Assembly (NCBI GenBank): GCA_051362555.1
Contig: CM120645.1
Coordinates: 3,658,001 to 3,722,000, forward strand
Length of the DNA stretch: 64,000 nt
Reading direction: 5' to 3'
From: Lingula anatina
Taxonomy: Eukaryota; Animalia; Brachiopoda
The position numbers were made by a program, and so were the translations under genes. The notes under the pieces were generated by a model that was given only the letters and a program-made list of their open reading frames with translations, ran no database searches and had not been told where the DNA came from. Position 1 is the first letter of the stretch, and every line of letters starts with the position of its first letter. This document shows positions 41,657-56,268 of the stretch, piece after piece.

Positions 41657-42513
41657 GGCCATCAAGACAAACATATATAAACTTTCTGTACTTTCTGCTT
41701 TTAAAACAAATTTTGGTCGTTTAAAATATTGGAAAGTTTTCAGAGTCTTCAAATAAAAATGCGATCTCTTCAGAATTTTACTTTGTTCGCGTAACGTTAG
41801 GAATGTTGCCATACTTCTAACTAGACACTATATGATCATTATATTAGGTGTTAAATTTTCTCTTATCCTGAAAATGACAGAAATGTCTAATTGTCACATT
41901 GATTAATTTTATAGTATGTCATAATCATTAGTCTGAAATGGAGTCTATGAGCAAAATAAACCTGAAAAATGATAACCCGGGTCCCCGTTTCCAGATACCC
42001 TGGAGCTGTTGTTATCTCAGTTTTTTGTCATTTACACCTAACATTTGACATAAAATATGTGATTTGCATTTAATATAGAGTAAATTATTGAAATTGTAGC
42101 TTATGGTGTTGAAAACTGGTCGAAAATACGAAATTTATCAGATGAAATAAAACTATTCTGGGACTCGGAGATGCTATAGTAACTAATGGTATGAAAATCG
42201 CTGATCGAAAATTGACAATTGACGCCTACAGGTCGTTACGAAAATCTTGTGATAAAGAGCCATTTTCAAGATCATTCAGTATAATTAAGGAAGAGGACTA
42301 AACCAATACTCCTAAGTAATGTAGGGTAAAACCAACTTCATTCCACTCTACCCAATGATATTCATACAATTCCCTTGAAAATGAAAAAAAAGTATATTGA
42401 ATCAGTATCAAGTTTGCAAGTTTAAGTATCAAGTATTGGTTTTATTCTAAGGATTGCGGTTTCAATAGAAAGTCCGAACAGTAAAGAATATGTTCGGTTG
42501 ATGGCCTCTTTAA
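41657..42513. mobile_element. Possible Kolobok-like MITE
   Basis: Imperfect inverted ends ggccatcaagacaaacata and tatgttcggttgatggcc. The right end continues tctTTAA. The left terminus is eroded. Confidence 0.35.
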
Positions 42514-42710
42514 ATGATAATTGACTATTTTGCAGCTCGGATAGAGGTTGTTAACTGCTGTTCCGCACTACAAAACTGTTAGTGCTTCTTGCCTCCATTT
42601 GACGTCACAGAGACGTGAATGACGTCACATAGAGTTCTTTATTCTATTTTACATGACAACCCATCTTGGCGCACACCTTGAATAAACTATTTGTGGATGC
42701 CAAATAAACA

Positions 42711-43721
42711 CACTGAGAATAAAATTGGAGTCATTTGATTCTCTAGTCAGAGTCCAGCACCCCTTGACCCTCAGGGAGTTAATTTGACTCCTATATAAGG
42801 GTCAAATTAACCCACTACCAGAGGTTTGGACTCTCTTATCAGAGTCAATCACCCCCTGGCTCTCATGGAGTCAATCTGACTCTAAAATCAGGGTCAAATT
42901 ATCGGGGGCCAGTGTCTGGCTGACCCCTTTCACCGACTCTTTTCGCTCGCTGGACAGTAAGCTTCGTTTCATTACTTGACATGGCAGTGAGCAGACGGTG
43001 TGGAGAGAACAGTTTTCATCACCCTTTGTCAGTATAAACATAACTTTACTGGCCATAGTCGGTTTTATGCATGAACAAGTGTTTTTTTGTGTATTTCTGC
43101 ATGCAGAACTCGTGCACTTGATTATTACTGGCCCGGGCTTTCAGTTGCCACACCCTTTATGCGATATGTTGGTATACAGGTCACCAGGTTTTGTTTCCAG
43201 GTTGTAGGCATGACCCACCAATGCATGTCAGTGGAGAGGTATGCTCACTCATTGGTATATTTGTATATATGTCATGCTGTTTATTTCCAGATTTACAAAG
43301 TGTTCATTATTTCCGTTTTAACTTGACATTCGACCGAATGGCCTAGTGGTTAGGGTGTCCGCCTCTGTGGCTGGAGGACGCGAGTTCGACGCTGTCCGGG
43401 GACATAATAATCTAAAATGAATGATATTTGCTGTCTCTCCCCTTGTCGCTGTTGTTGTTGTCTCTCCCCTTGTCGCTGTTTTTGTTGTTTTTGTTCATGA
43501 TGTGCCAAGGAGTCAAAAATTCCTTAATATGGGGTCACGGTGACTCTTTTGTAGAGATAAATCAAGGGATGAAGGGATGTGTGAATGGAGTCAATTGTGA
43601 CCCTCCTCTGGGGTCTGGGATGGCATTTCTCCATCGGAGTCAACTTGACTCCAATTGGAAGTTATTTTAGGCACCACTGCTGGACTCCAAGTTTGGAGTC
43701 ACTTGGACTTTATTCTCAGTG
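42711..43721. mobile_element. Non-autonomous CMC/EnSpm-like DNA transposon (~1 kb)
   Basis: Perfect 13-bp TIRs CACTGAGAATAAA / TTTATTCTCAGTG, 2-bp CA flanks on both sides, and many subterminal GAGTC/GACTC motifs at both ends. Confidence 0.75.
43332..43450 (+). mobile_element. Truncated tRNA-derived SINE head inside the EnSpm-like element
   Basis: Pol III A box TGGCCTAGTGG and B box GAGTTCGAC at tRNA-like spacing, but the acceptor and T stems do not pair. Followed by SINE-core-like sequence. Confidence 0.6.
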
Positions 43722-46700
43722 CAAGAAAGGCACAAAAGAAAGGAAAATTAGATTTAAAAAGCTTCTGTCAGTGGGTTAACGGTTGATTGGTGTATGTATT
43801 TAAATTTCTACCCTAAGGACAAAACTACTACGTCTCGGTATATTGAATTTTGATGTTCCTCCTACAAATTTCCTGTCAAGGCATAATTTCATATCTGTTC
43901 ATTAACCCACGTTTTTTCAATACATTTTGTTATTCCTCCTACGAAACTCTGGAATTTCCAAACTGTATCCTGAATCACAAGTGTATGGAATTTCCAAAAC
44001 CATTGGCAAAATAATGATCGATGAATCTTTTTTTAACTTGGTTACTGTATTTTGAAACAATCTCGAAATGTGAATGGATAATGTGGAATTTCACTCGTTA
44101 CAGTTAAAGTGAGAAAATAAAGATTTTGGCTATGTTAAGCCTAAACGTTTATCGTGTGACTTTTGACAAAACTTTGTATATTTTTAAATATGAAAAAATT
44201 TAAAAATGAGAAGTAGGCTGTTATTATGAATCAAAATAAGGCAAGTTTTGCATTTACATGCTTTATACACCCTGAATACAAGGGGCTAGTGGTTTCCTGA
44301 TGCAAGCTAATAGAGAAGTGAAATCATTGTTCTCTTGACTCGTGACTCTCGGGATGACGTTACTTCACTCTGAGAGGCTTCACTGTAGACAAGTCCACCT
44401 CTGTCGTGGTGATCATACGTACAACAGTACATGTATTTGATTCAACTTCATTATTTCTTACTAGGTAATCCTTAAGTCGTTTAAAGAAGATATGTCGGGA
44501 AAAAAACATCCCCGTATGATATCATTCACTGGGATAATTAACGACGAGAAATTAACCGTGCGGTTAACCGGAACTCAAGTATTGATTTCAACAACGCGTT
44601 TTGGGTCAGTTTTCAATGCATTGGTCATGTGAAGTCAATGCTTGGCTTTAGCAGGAAAAAATCGTACTCGCCATCAGAATATCCGTCTTTCGCGGATTAT
44701 TTTCCGTTTTACTTTTTCCTGTATCAATGAACATGAATCTGTAATGCAATCTGATAATTAATGCTCCGCTTGCGAAATTCTATTAAATCGTCTTGTCATG
44801 AATCAGTTCATTCATGTGTATAAAACCAGCTTGCAGTAAATGTCTTTATTTAAATGAAGAGCCCATGAGGTCCCCTAGAGAACGTAATGGTTGTCAACGA
44901 ACAGAATTCCACCCGCTGTTGCAGCTGTTCTAAGAAAAGACGAAGATTTTGATTTTGCGTGGAAGTTTTTTAATACATTCACACATACGTTTTTTTCTAT
45001 CTGTCTATCTATCTATCATTTTTTCTTTTAAATTGTTCTCCTTTGCAAACCCCTACTTAGAATTTGCTCGATGATGTTTACAAAATGGAGATTTATTTGT
45101 TTGCACGTACACAATATGTATATTACTAGGATACTTCAGGATTAGAGCGAGAGGTGATAGAAAGAGTTGACGAAGGCTCACAGGTTGGGAATTCCCCAGC
45201 ACCACTCGCCAGGGGTCACGTTTTATCATTGGAAACAATCTGGAAAAATTCCAGATGAGGCAAGTTTATCTTTTGGATCCAGCTGTTGAATATAGTGCCT
45301 AGGAATATGGTGTTGAATATAGTGTACAATTCATAGTCTTTGGCATGCGGTAACGCACAATAGTACTACCAGTACTATTTATTGATTGCGTAACAATTAA
45401 TTTGGTTGAAAGAATTTCACAGAAAAATCAAAATCATTTAAGCATCACTTATGGCATACTGACTTTTATTGGGGAAGGTGTGAATAGTTCTTGTCGTCAA
45501 TTAGTTATAGGTTTTACAGTTTGAAATACACGATCGTTAGTGTCCAAAATATGTGTTGGAAAACCGGGATAAGACGAAAAAGATTTCTCGAATAAAAAAC
45601 TTGTGGTTAATATTTACTGTGAACAGTCGAGATATTGGTCGGTTCCTTGTTGTTTTATGACCTATAAGATGAGCCTTTAATTGGGTTTAACTGGTTGCGT
45701 TGCACTTTTGGTTACTTCATCGATTCTTAGATGTACAGATGGTTCTTGTTATCACTTGATTAATATATTGTCTAACGACTAAATTCATCTTTTTTATTTT
45801 CTCTGAGGAACATACACGGAAAGACGCTTATTTGGGGATAGAATATGTTTTGTTTGTAGCACTGGAGATTGAAAAGTCAATCTTCTCTTTTTTACGGAAT
45901 TTGTGCAGTACATATTAATCCTCACCCAACTGACATATCATTTCCATAATAAAGTGTACATCCATTTGAGCCCACTTTTTTCCTAAAAGTTGTGTCTTGT
46001 GCTGCTCTTTAGCTGGTTTTTACGTCAATGCAAATGAAGAACCAAAGAAAGGTAGGTTTGCGCGTCCTTAAAACTCAATTTGCCCAGGTAGACTGATCTT
46101 TGTCATTTACATTTCATTTCACCAAACTCAATTGATGATATTTTCCATGGCATTATTTTTTCCAAGAAACCATTAATAGCCAATTTTACGAAAGTATCTC
46201 TTAGGCTAAGAGACGTAATATCGATATCTCCAGTCTTTTGGCTTGATTAAAGGTGATGAAGCCGGCATGTATTTGTTTATCTACTTGCTCATGAATTTAT
46301 CTATATTGACAGAGGGGCACCACATTTCTCCCTGTTTGATAAATTTCAAATAAGAATGAGTTTTTCATTGAATCCTTCACCGCTGGTCATTAAATGTATT
46401 TTTTTTTCATGGACTCGTTTCTACCAACAGCGATAGTAAAGATCGCAAATTTTTTTATACTTTATTAGCAAGCTGGTGACATTTGACCAGATTCTATATC
46501 TCTGAAATTACCACTGCAGTCTTAACTCCAGATGATTCTTTAGAGAGTCTATTGAATCTCTGAAATTGTTTGTTGTCACACAAATACCCCAACACCATGA
46601 TGTTGACCTTAAGAGGTCAAACGAGGTCTTCGTGCTTCTTAAGTTTTTTTTATCCAGTCTGCATAACCAGGACCCGTGTCCAAACAGCGACAAAAACATT

Positions 46701-46983
46701 TAGCTAGGACACATAAATCAAAATAATGATGTGGACATGGGAACTAAACATTTCATACACGGCATTTTCAAAATTATGGCCTTAGAAGTCATCTTGGTGT
46801 TTACGTAATAGACACTGTAGTTCAGGAAATTAACTCATCTTATGGCTCAGCCAGGTAAAATCTGCAACAGATTAATTTCACCCCAGTGCATTTCCACGCT
46901 GTTCTCCAGGCCACCATAAGAAATATTTTTAATTTCCCTTACCAACACCCTGAGTAAAAGAGGACTCTGGAAACTCGTGTCTT

Positions 46984-47335
46984 AGGGTGCTTTCCCAGAG
47001 ATTTAGATCGATCTAGAGATTAAGATTTAGATCGACCTAACTCCCTGGGGGTTCACGCTAAATTGCAGTCAGCCGAGCGGGCACCATAGTTAATTACCCC
47101 CTTACAGCTTTTAGTAGGCGGGACAGACGCTTAAGCCGGCTAAGCTGACAGTAATCTAGCGAGACTCCCCACAGGGATAGATCGATCTAAAAATCTATGG
47201 AAATGGGGTGTTACACTGGGTTCCCATAACCCTATCATATTAGCAGGATCGATCTAACTCAGCAGTTTAGCGAAATCCTCTCTGAGATAAATCTATCCTG
47301 CTAGTACGTACGATAGGGGTATGGGAATGGTCCCT
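46984..47335. mobile_element. Two adjacent copies of the palindromic MITE family seen at 9731-10000
   Basis: Shared blocks tagatcgatcta, cgctaaattgc, aattacccc..acagctt, actgggttcccata and gggaatggtccct. Confidence 0.7.
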
Positions 47336-50300
47336 TAAATAGCAGAGGCGTCTGGATAGCTGAGAGGTGAGAATTCAGTGTTTTCTGACATTCGGGATAT
47401 GAATCAACGCTGGACCCTGAGGAGTTTTTTTCTCACCATTATAGTCCCACTCAATATTGTTTAACTGTGTGAAATAATGGTTCACGGTGCTGTTACTTAA
47501 CACGTTTTAGTCCATTAAAAGTGATTTAAAAAAGGCATCCGCTGCATACAAGTCGCAAATAAAAATTATCCTTCTGTTAATTTGGCATCATGTCATGGTG
47601 CGCATTAAGATGCTCCTGGTTTTTTTTGCATGCTCACTGCTATTTTGTTTTTCCCCAGGCTTGCGGCATATCAAATCAACAATGTTAAAAATCTTATTGT
47701 TATGCATTTTTAGCGCAGTAATTGAAAACACATCACCAAAACTCCCACTAACGCACAATTGATTCCCCCCAAGGTCCAATTACAAGGATATAGATATATT
47801 TAAAGCCAAAGAAAAGGTGACGTCCTATCCGCCTAGACGTGTCCACGCAATACCACAGGGGACTATTAAGCGTGATAAGTAGACAGAAAATGAAATATAT
47901 GCTTGAGTTTGCTGTAAAGAATTCAAGGGCACGGGCATTAAAAAATAGCAATCCCCATCTGTTGTTCCTAACACATATGATCGGATTTTTGATGAACTTA
48001 TGTAAGTGGGAAAACTGGGTATAGTGTATAACAAAATCGATAGAGATTGAGTCGGTGTCACATGTGGAGTATCATTATAACCGCAAAGCATAACCCTCTA
48101 CTTCATAGAAGTTAAATTTGGTACATGTATATACTGAAACTGCTGTAATGAGTAGAAGATGCAAACTGCTGTAAAATTATCGCCCGTATATCCAGCTTGT
48201 GTAATTGTTTTAAATGAACGGCTCTTAACTCCGGTGGTTACCTTGTCACCTTCTTCAGTACATTTGATTTAAACATATTACACATTTGATGAGAGCGTAT
48301 AATAGAGGTCGAGCACAGGTCCGAAATGATTGACAGCTCTCATTGGTACATGTATTAAACATGTCTACGGTCATCAAGCCGATATGGAACCACGCAGGTT
48401 GTTCTCTACCGAATAAACGAAGACAGGAAGTCGGCAAAATAAAGTCACAGTGGGCAAATTTACATACGAATCACCTATCTAATCTGCATTTTCAACGTAC
48501 AATTTATGTTACCATGAGCAGCAGTCTTTCGGCAAAAGGTTTTCAGCAAATCTTGTCTGATGATACATTGAAAGTAGTGCGGTTTATTTCAATTAAGCAG
48601 GAAAACATGAATTTTACTTTAAACACCCAATGGAAACATTGAGTTTACATATATGTTTACCAGCCAAAGAATGCATTGCGAAAGATAAATGATCGAATAC
48701 GCTTCGTAAATACAATAGATTTAAAGAGATATGGTTTACAGAAAGCCTGTTTCTGAATGTCACCTTCATGGTTGGATAATAAGAAAGATCAGAGAAAACG
48801 ATATTCATAACATCATAGTTATCAATTATGCAACCAGAAACTTGCTGTTCTGCAACAGCTTTCAGGAAACACTTTAGAATATTTCACACAATATATTTTA
48901 AGGGCTCAATCCCAATGAATCTCTCGTTCTACGTAGATCGATCGCACTCCGTGGGGACAAATTAACAGATTAACGCGCCTCCTCGGTCCCGCCTCTCTTG
49001 GTGTTGAATAGACTACAGAAAACCTGGTGATTATTCGAGTACATTGGCCTCTAGAGCAGGCAGCTTATTGTACAACACTCATTGCATTCAACCAGGGTCC
49101 CCGCTGGGTTGGACCGTGAACATGATAGTTTCATTGGGAATGGGCTCTACGTCTTTCAAATGTGCCTTTACAACGAATCATACAGCGAAACCTTTCCTTG
49201 GCATTCATACTTTTAATGCTTGTTATTCTGTTTTCATGTTAACAATTCACACAAACGTGTAGTGTTCACCGTACGCGTCCGGTGACAATTTTTGAAACTG
49301 CCCAATACGCCATCTGTCGTCCAAAAATACAATTTTGACCTCCAGGGGGCTCCACTGTGCACCCCGAGTTTCAGAGAGGTCATTTGAACCACTAAAGTTA
49401 CATGGTTGAGGCACCCTGTTAACAGAGGTGAGTTCCCAGTTACCTTTGAATGCCGCCTAATTCAGAACTTGGTGTTTAAAAAAATATTGTTAACGAAGCG
49501 TCCGCATCCAGAGTTTAATTTCAACACCGCTTTTGTCGGCACCATCCTGAACAAGACCCAGTCAATAAAAAAAAAATTGCTGACAACACGGAAAATAAGC
49601 AAGTAAATGTATATTGGTCATCGATTTCACACCATTAGTTCACTTTCCACATTTCCCTATCTTTTATGCACCCCCGTGGCTGTTTCCGCGATTCCTGCCA
49701 CCTGCCGCCAGCCATTAGGCCCAAAAGCCTATATCGTACCATCCTTTTGGCATTACATAAGTGTTACTCTGAATGCTATATCTCGGTTGTTATGATTTGC
49801 ATGACATGCCTAGTATTTCTCTACCCGTGCAGCCCACATAAACCACACGCCTTGAATATGATATTCTTGTGTAGATATGATACTCATCTTTTTGAAATAC
49901 CATGTTTCTTCAACGCATCAATCAGAGTCATGCGATTATCCAATATGACTCTTACCGCCTTAATTACAATGTCACACAGGAAGGCCACGGCAAATGAATA
50001 AAAAGTCATAAATTTTATCAGTTATCTATCGGCAAAAGTACAATAGACAGAAAATAAAGTCTGTTATTCAAAAGAAGGACAGGAGGATCGACTTACCATG
50101 TCGGTGATTATGCCAGGCTCAATTCTGTAGTGTTGAGCGCCCAAACTAGAGTTTTCACTTTCCCTTAGACCATGACGCACATCTACTACATGTTGCTCTA
50201 GAGCATGCATGTATCCTACCTGTAGGCCTACCACACTGCAGAACGAAACATACCTGCAATGACTTCGCCTTGTGGGATGCCATGCGTTACCAATTGGGAT

Positions 50301-50657
50301 ATGTAGATCCCCAAAATAAGGGTGGGTTCCCGTTTGGTTAGTCACGACCTTGTTTAGAAGTGAGCGTGTGGCATGCATTAGTATGCGAGGTATATGTGCA
50401 TTTATGTTTGAGAAGCGAAGACACAACTTGGGTAGTAGATTTTCTGTATCTGTATGAATGTGATCGGAAAAACCACCGGGGGTATCAGTGGTTAAAATTC
50501 ACGTACAAAGCATTTATCCTAAATTGCTTTAGATGTCCTAGATAAATCGACAGAACACAGTTATGAAATTATTTTCTTTATTGATTCTTGGAGCTAAATA
50601 AATCAGAAGGCATTGTCTCTTTAAATAATACTCTCTCTACAATTAATATCCCCGTTT

Positions 50658-51498
50658 CAGGCCTACCCAACTACCAGACTCGGCACCTACGGATCCAGAA
50701 TTAACCAGTATAAGCCTACTTGTCATCCGGGTATCGCGCCTCGTTTTCGTCAAGTAGGAGTCGTATGAATACAACAACATGGCGACAGACGACTCCCTCA
50801 ATCAGGGGGTGGAAACGCGCTACTTATATGATAAAGACGAGCCTAGCCGTCAGTACAGAACAGAACTACCACACCTGGGTCTTTCGTTTTTGACAACTGT
50901 TCACTCGTCATCGAGGCGCTTGTTCAAGACTACAGGCTGATATCTACTAGTAGCCTACTACCAGTGGCTTCATTAGTAACGTTCCCACAATACTTAGTTT
51001 TCTGTCTGTGCGTACATACACTGAAAAAGGCCAGCCTCGCTGACGAGAACAATGGACGTTTCTCACCCCTTTCTAGTATTACCCCTGCCCTCCATCTCGT
51101 CCATCCCGGTAGTCATGAAAATATTTAACCCCCGACAGAATATGCTTCCGCTATCAAAATTAGGTCTACTTTTCTAAATTAATATTTAAGTTTGCAAGTT
51201 CTTATTTACAAAACATCATTGGCTATGTCCGAACCTACATGTTATGTTAAAAATTGCGGTATTGTCAGATTTTAGCATAAACAGGGAAAATTGCAGCAGC
51301 GCATGAATCTAGATGAGATGCACTACTTTCCACCCCGCTTAGGATCATTGCTATCACATCGCGCACCAGGCAAAATCGGTGTGGTGACTGAAACTCTGTA
51401 ATGCGATCTGACTCACACCTTGAAAACGGGTAGTGTGGTCTGATAAACCGGTTTATTCTGGATCCGTAGGTGCCGAGTCTGGTAGTTGGGTAGGCCTA
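50658..51498. mobile_element. Non-autonomous DNA transposon with long TIRs, superfamily unassigned
   Basis: AGGCCTACCCAACTACCAGACTCGGCACCTACGGATCCAGAAT (50659-50701) has an exact reverse complement ending at 51497. Candidate 5-bp TSD CGTTT (50653-50657, 51499-51503). Confidence 0.85.
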
Positions 51499-52244
51499 CG
51501 TTTTCACCTCATAGTTTGCAGTCCAAAAATGACCATCTGAGATGAACTAGAACGCAGTCAGCGTTTTCTTCCCCTCCAGTAGTTTCTGCCGTCTCACACA
51601 GATTTTAATTTCAACAACCATCTTGTAACATAAGTTCGTTCTTGTCTGTTAATTCTGTTCATCTTAAAACCTATATCCTATGAAACAGGAGACAGTGAAA
51701 ATGGCTTCAAAATTTACTCGCACAAGCCTTCATTGTCCTTTGGATAAAACAAGTTATTAGCAGAAAAACAATAGTAAAACACGGTGATATTACTTGAACT
51801 AACAAACCCATTGTGTTAGAGGCGATCTAGACAGGTATCTTCACCTACATACAAATACATATAGCTAGATGCACTTTCCAATAGATACTTTACGTCTCGG
51901 TATATATAAGCGTTTCAATACTTTCACGTGTCTATAAATTAATTCACGTACCGATAGATACGCCGCCGATAAAAAACATAATTACTAGAATCTCATAAAC
52001 ACACACACACAACTGTACCAGTTAATCCAGGGGCCGATAGATCCGTTGAATTAGATAAATCCATTGACCGAACGAAAATTTTGCATTTTCACCATTAAAC
52101 TAGGATCCCTATTTTAAAAACACGTTTTGTTTAAGAGAAAAGCTCCACACAGAGAGTACAGTGAATTTGACAATATAACATTACTTTTAAATATGATGCT
52201 TATGGGTTGAGGCTTTCATACAAGAATACCAATAGTCAGACCCC

Positions 52245-52425
52245 CAGGCCCGTAGCCGGGGGGGGGGGGGGGGGGGGGGGGTCGGGAGGTTCGAAAGAAC
52301 CACCCTTTTTGCTGGGATAAGGTCCACTCTGGGTAAAATTTGATCGATGTACTTGAGGATTTTGTGATAAAAGGTCCACTTTTTCAGAAAACGACCCCCC
52401 TCTGAAATTGCTGGCTACAGGCCTG
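52245..52425. mobile_element. hAT-like MITE
   Basis: TIRs CAGGCCCGTAGCC / GGCTACAGGCCTG, internal poly-G, degenerate 8-bp flanks cagacccc / aagaccat. Confidence 0.65.
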
Positions 52426-54605
52426 AAGACCATCATACAATACAATATATCATCTTCGAGAAAGATGTAAAAATGAGTACTTTATTGCTGTGGTCCAAAT
52501 TGTTGGTCCACAAGTCCTCCTTTGGAGTTCTGAGAAAACCAAATTCCATGTACAGTACTAATTGCAAACATTGAATATATTAAACCCTTGTCTTTTAAGC
52601 TCATCAGCGTGTACATCAATTTCATGGTCAAATTCTATAGTCATATTTTAGCAGAAAATCAAACGTCTCTTTTGACAACTTTATCAATACACTTTAAAGA
52701 AATCTTAAGCAAATTTTATTCAAATACTCTTACTGTTAATTATGACTCTTTAAATTTACCTTCCTCTTCATTTTCTTTCAATCTTTGTAAATTTTGACTC
52801 TCTCAGGTTTCAAACACAATTGATATTTGTAAGCAGCGCAGAATCTTCAGTACAATTTTATTATTATTATCATTATTATTATTATTATCATTATTATTAT
52901 TCTCACACTCGATCTGTAATTTTGATCATTCTTGTAAGTTTGCACACAATTGGTCAACCGGTTTTCCACTTGAATGCGTTATCATTATTGCATATACACA
53001 GGGGAAAAAAGAGAGAGAAAACAGCACATCTCAATATTCTGTAAATTTTTCATGGTCTGAAACTGACTCTGCTATAATTGTTCCTGTTCAGCCAACATAA
53101 ATATTTTTATCAAATTGTAATTTAGACACGCTTTCGTCTTTTAGATGAGCCTCTCGCAATTAAAAATTGATAAAATTAACGGAAGTCATCTGAAGCTAAA
53201 ATCAAACCATCTGGTTCGATCCTTATTGCAAAAATCAACCCTTTGCCCCACAATAATAATGAAAAGCAAGTCCTTGAATAGCAGTGTTTACAAATAGCGC
53301 CTTGTATACCGGTGTATTTCTAAATCGACGCTTTATTAAATGCATGTTTATAAAAGGTGTGACTTTTAGACACATGCTGGTACCCGTTATTTCACACTCA
53401 CGCACCCCACGCCTTGGTTCCTCACGTGGATCACGTACACAGCACATGTCCCTTTGTTGAGTACAGCAGCAACCACACAAAGTAATTGTCAAAACGCGTT
53501 ATGTCAATACCGCCCCATGCCTTTGATTCAAACGATTCAATTGACCAAGTTCACTTCGGGTCAACCTAGCAACACCGTGTTATTATAACCCTAAGGCGAA
53601 TATCGGTCAAAATCAGCAAAAGTTTGATAGCTGGAGATTAAGATAACGCATTTTACTGGATCAAAGGAATCAATTTTGGAATGTAAGAGGAATGCGAGAA
53701 ACTGAAAATATTTCATGACTCAACACTATTAATGTCAACAACATCACATGACAGCTTTCAACGGGCGCCATTTTATTCGACTTCTCGGAGAAAAAAAAAC
53801 TTGAAGGAATTCAAGGCCAAAAGTCGTTTTCAAAACTTAACGTAAAATACGTATTGTCTTTAGGATGTAAAGGATAACTGTAGCCTAAATAGTTATATGC
53901 AAGATCAAACTGCGCTTGGAAACCGCCTGACGCTCGGAAACTGCGGAGTAGAGACGATCTTGCTTTGATGAAGTCTTTTCAAGAATTGGGTGCGAAGTTG
54001 GCCGCTGAACGTTCGAGGTTTTAAAGGTACAGCACGAGGCCTATACATTTTTATATAACTGCTTTCAAAGATATCTATTTTTCATCTCACAAAATATTTT
54101 AGTTCCAATCTATTTGAAACCAACATAGAAAAGTAGGGCCTAGGCCTACATATACCTTGGCACAAAAAGTTAGGCTAAAGATCCTTTTCGAGCAATCTAT
54201 ACCACCTTTTAAAACATATCTTAGTAAATTATTTATGTTGTTTAGAATTTACCAAATGTCCTGACATATAGGCGAAGATCAACGCAAAGGCTGAGTCAGA
54301 CATAAAGATCTCCGCTCCAACAAAACTAGACAACAGTCTTGAGGTCTCGAACAGATCGTTTTTATTTAACTGTGATTCATTAGTAGAGATCAGATTTGTC
54401 CACATTTAAAACCAAAATGGGACAGCAACAAAAATATAAATTTCCAATTCTTCCTCTCGACTTCTGAAAATAGTTGGCGGCAACGACACCCATAATTTGT
54501 TAGCCAATGGAAGTTTCAATAGAGCATACCCCCCTCTAACGCAAATTAGTTTAAACTAAGATCTTATAAACGGTATATTAGATCTTAGGTTTAAATGCAC
54601 CAGAC

Positions 54606-55225
54606 TAGCACAAGATTCAAACTACTGCGCATGCACAAAAAGTGCGCTGTTTGAAATAAACAACCAAAGCCTGTGTTTAACCGTCTATTTGACTTGATTT
54701 CAATTGATGTATTTTTCTGTAAAATTATATTGGAAATGCTCTGTTGATTGTGTGTATTTAAAGGTAAATCCATCGGACTTTCCTTTGAATAGCATGTATT
54801 TCGCCTTTATTGTAAGGGTATTCCCTTTGTATTTATAGTGTTAGGCCTATGTGTGGACCCAAGGGAATTTTCCACTCCTCCCCCACTCTTCATCAGGAAA
54901 ATACTCTTATTAGCTAATATGAATGTTACTACAAAATGCATTCGAAAAAACGTAAGAAAGTTTATTTCAGTTAAATCATATCAGAAAACCCATGTTCACT
55001 GGCGAAATTAACCGACATTAGACATTAAACTTGCATTTCGGCGATACGACCGATAAGTTTAATATCTCTAAAGCGAGGCAATAGCTCCCATCTAAAGGAG
55101 ACGATTCATAGCCTCGTAATAATTGACGTTTTGTTATAAAATCTCGAACCGGCTTAATCAAAATATTTGTTGGTTATTATTGATACTTAAGTTATAATAA
55201 TTGTCTGGTTCCGGTGAACTGCGCG
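54606..55225 (+). mobile_element. Truncated copy of the element at 55337-56456
   Basis: Colinear similarity from agcacaagattcaaactactgcgcatgcacaaaaagtgcgctgtttgaaataaacaa through ttgtctggtt. Confidence 0.7.
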
Positions 55226-55245
55226 TTGGCAGTAGGGGAGACCGG

Positions 55246-56218
55246 TGTCATGTACCAGAAAGTCCCCAGTGACAGAGAGTCCACTCCCCATTACTTTGAT
55301 GTACAGGTGAGCCTCGCCCTAGATTTTGACCCACTTAGCACAGGCTTCAAACAACTGCGCATGTGCGAAAAGTGCGCTGTTTGAAATAAACAAGTTGGTG
55401 AAATTGACAAAGACCGTCTGGTTGATTTTATTTCATTAGCTCTCTGGTGTCTTTTTGAAAATTTATATTAGAAATGTTCTATTGATTTTATGTTGTAAAA
55501 AGTAAATCCGTCGGAATTCCTTAGAAAAACATTTATTTTACCTTCATTTTAAGGGGATTCCCATTGTATTTATAGCATAGAAGTTTTCTCTACTTCTATG
55601 ATTTATAGTGTTATATGTGGCCCCAATGGGGATTTTCACACCTCCCCTACACTTGATTAATAAAATTCTTCACCTGGAGGATTGTAAATTACATTGCAAA
55701 ATACATTGAAAATCGTAGGAAGGTTAACTGCAGATAATGCTGCGAGGATATTCTTAACAGTGGGGAACTCGGCCAATATAAAATTTTTAACTTCGTTTTA
55801 CGATTTTGGAGCGCATGTTCTAATTTTTGAAAGCGAGGCAATGGAACCAAACAATGTGATACAATTTGTAATCTCGTAAAAATTGCTATTTTTATATAAA
55901 GGTTATAGCATGGAGTACATCGAAATGCGACTTGTTTATTATTGTGATCTTAAATAATAATTAATATAAAACAAATGATATAATACGTTCTTAACGTTAG
56001 CTTATAAATAATTGATTTTTTTTCGTATTTGGAGATTAAAAACACAAAAGTTGTCTGGTTTCATATCGAGGCACTACGTTTCGTTCGTTAAAGCTAGGGA
56101 TATGAAAATTGCATCCATGCTGAATAAAACCTAGATTAACTGATGATGCAGTTTTCATATCCCCCCAAATAATAGTTAGTTTAATATAAGGTTTAGTGTA
56201 GCCTATTCTAGTTGAATC

Positions 56219-56268
<50 letters not shown>

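Noticed and set aside
43332-43403. Functional tRNA gene
   Set aside because: A and B boxes are present but the acceptor, anticodon and T stems do not pair and there is no immediate oligo-T terminator. Better explained as a SINE head.
47345-47420. Second tRNA-like sequence (tagctgagagg A-box-like)
   Set aside because: No credible B box or cloverleaf.
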